DNA of 64,000 nt, taken from the NCBI GenBank assembly GCA_009103225.1, contig RHPI01003079.1, forward strand, positions 110,808 through 174,807, given 5' to 3'. The notes beneath the pieces are model-generated. The model was not told the origin of the DNA, did not search any database, and saw only the letters and a list, made by a program, of their open reading frames with translations. The translations under genes and the position numbers were made by a program. Positions 62,287 to 64,000 of this stretch are shown here, in pieces. The stretch is from Chlorokybus atmophyticus. Taxonomy: Eukaryota; Plantae; Mesostigma and Chlorokybus algae. Numbering within the stretch: the first letter of the stretch is position 1; each line of letters begins with the position of its first letter.

Positions 62287-64000
62287 ATGCCGTCCCCAAA
62301 GAAGCGCATGCGTCTAACTGATCTTGAAAAGAAGAAAATCTGCCAGCTGAGGGTCAACTTTAAGTCCCTTACCCATGACCTCTTTGCGCTTGAAGTGAAG
62401 AAGCAGCTCAAGCTGACTGTCAAGCGACAGACATTATCAAAGATATTGCAATGTGAAGAGGATCTGTTGCAGTTAGATGATAGACAAGCAGCGCGGAAGT
62501 CCATTCGCTCTGCAAAATTTGAACAGATTGAGCAGGCTTTGGTGTCATGGTTCAAGATTGTAAGTGTACTATTGTTGTTATGCCGTAGATGTGTGTTGTT
62601 GCCATGATTCATGCTGAGATTTTGTATGTGCATGACTGCATGTCAGGCCCGAGCTGCCAACCTGCCATTATCGGACGCGCTGCTACAACAACAAGCGCTC
62701 ACTTTGGCTCAAGCCAAGGGCGTGCCCCCAGAAGAGTTCAAAGCGTCCAATGGCTGGCTGGAGAAATTCAAAAAAAGGTGAGTGCCGTAGAAGTGAAAGG
62801 TGTCTGTCTTGATTGTGTGCTGACGTGTGTGCGTGCATGTGTGTGTGTACTTGAGTTGGGCTGGTTGCTGCAGGGAAGGGATCGTGTGCAAAAAGGCACA
62901 CGGTGAAAGTGCTGATGCTGACATAGTGGGTGTGGAGCTGGCACGGGAGTCTGTACCGCTTGTGCTGCACGAGTTGGGTGCAACTGTAGAGGACACCTTC
63001 AACATTGACGAAGGTGCGTTGTATACAAGGGCCGCACCCGACCGCACCTTGGCGTTTGCGAGCGAGCAGGTGCGAGGCTTGAAGAAGTCCAAAGAGCGAA
63101 TCACCGTGTTGTTCGGGTCTAACGCCAACGGCTCCGAACGGCTCAAATTGCTGCTCATCAACAAGAGCCTACGACCACATTGCTTTGGCAAAGGGTTTAG
63201 TCCTAATGATTTTGTGCATTGGTTCAGTAACAGGAAGGCATGGATGACCATGAAAATTTTTGAGGGTTACATGCAAGATATGAATGCGAAGATGGCAATG
63301 TCTAATCGCCATATCATTATCCTTCTGGACAATGCTGCCTGTCACAATTTATCAAGTGAAGGTGCATTGACTTGTATGCTACAATCACATACTGTGCATG
63401 TGATTGGTCACTTAAGCATGTCTTGCCTTGCTTGGCAGGTGTCAGGCGGGAGAAGCTACACGGGCTTGAGCTGCAACGGATGTCACACATCACCCTTGTG
63501 TTCCTACCTCCCAACACCACATCGCAGGTGCAGCCCATGGATCAGGGCATCATCGCCGCTTTCAAGATGCGGTACAAGAAGCAGCTTGTGTCGTGGCTGC
63601 TCGCTGTCCTGGAGTTCAACCCGGGGACTGACCTGAAGGATGTCAAGCCATCCATCAAGCAAGCGGTGTTGTGGTCATCAGCTGTTTGGGAGGAGATGGA
63701 CGCATCTATCTTCAAGAACTGCTTTGCTAAAGCTAACTTATGGCCATCAGATTGGTATCCCGCCACTCGCAGCGTTGATGAGAGTGTGGCACGAGCTGCC
63801 ACAGCGATGCAGAAGACCGCAGATGCTGACTGCACAGAGTTGGATGAGCTGATTGGCAAGTTGGGTATCAATGATGCGCTCTCCGCGGCTGAGTACATCA
63901 ACATGCCAGGTGAACAGCTTATAGAGGCTGAGTTAACCCCTGACGAGTTGTTGGACATGCATGAGCCCGTGACGGCTGATGTGGATGTTGCCCCCAACAT
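62287..64000 (+). CDS. Tigger/TIGD-like transposase (partial, open to window end), 3 introns
   Basis: RMRLTDLEKKKIC; RSAKFEQIEQALVSWF; FKASNGWLEKFKKR; HGES; FNIDEGAL; KKSKERITVL..NANGSERLKLLLI; NRKAWMT; ILLDNAACH; FLPPNTTSQVQPMDQGIIAAFKMRY. Confidence 0.9.

Larger units (their letters stand above)
61477..64000 (+). mobile_element. Tigger/CENP-B-like pogo transposon, left part (runs off the window)
   Basis: TA then CAGTCTACCCTCGATATAAT (Tigger-like TIR start) at 61475-61496; transposase downstream. Right TIR is outside the window. Confidence 0.7.

Overview
Eukaryotic, intron-rich nuclear DNA with short TG/CA-rich introns, most likely from a green alga of the streptophyte lineage. This is an inference from a chromomethylase, a fused NAD(P) transhydrogenase, a signal-peptide allantoinase and a plant-type tRNAi-Met primer site. 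Bases 1-16.5 kb are a retrotransposon nest. A decayed Ty3/Gypsy element carries a C5 cytosine DNA methyltransferase between protease and RT, plus about 800 codons of unrecognised sequence between Gag and protease. It is interrupted by a Ty1/Copia element, followed by an unidentified relic and a second, related Copia on the opposite strand. The 17.5-51.7 kb stretch holds apparently intact host genes: a chromomethylase (CMT) with a split chromodomain, an MFS transporter, an NAD(P) transhydrogenase with a transit-peptide-like N-terminus, a C2-C2-VASt-TM protein and allantoinase. An En/Spm TnpA-like gene and a 498-bp TRIM lie among them. Bases 53-64 kb are a DNA-transposon cluster: a Helentron-type Rep relic, a 200-N gap, an apparently intact DD35D pogo (Passer/POGK-like) element with TIRs and TA TSD, a GGACC palindrome array, a tRNA-like pseudogene and a Tigger-like DD44D element running off the end. 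Exon boundaries were read by eye; most gene ends are approximate. No database searches were run.
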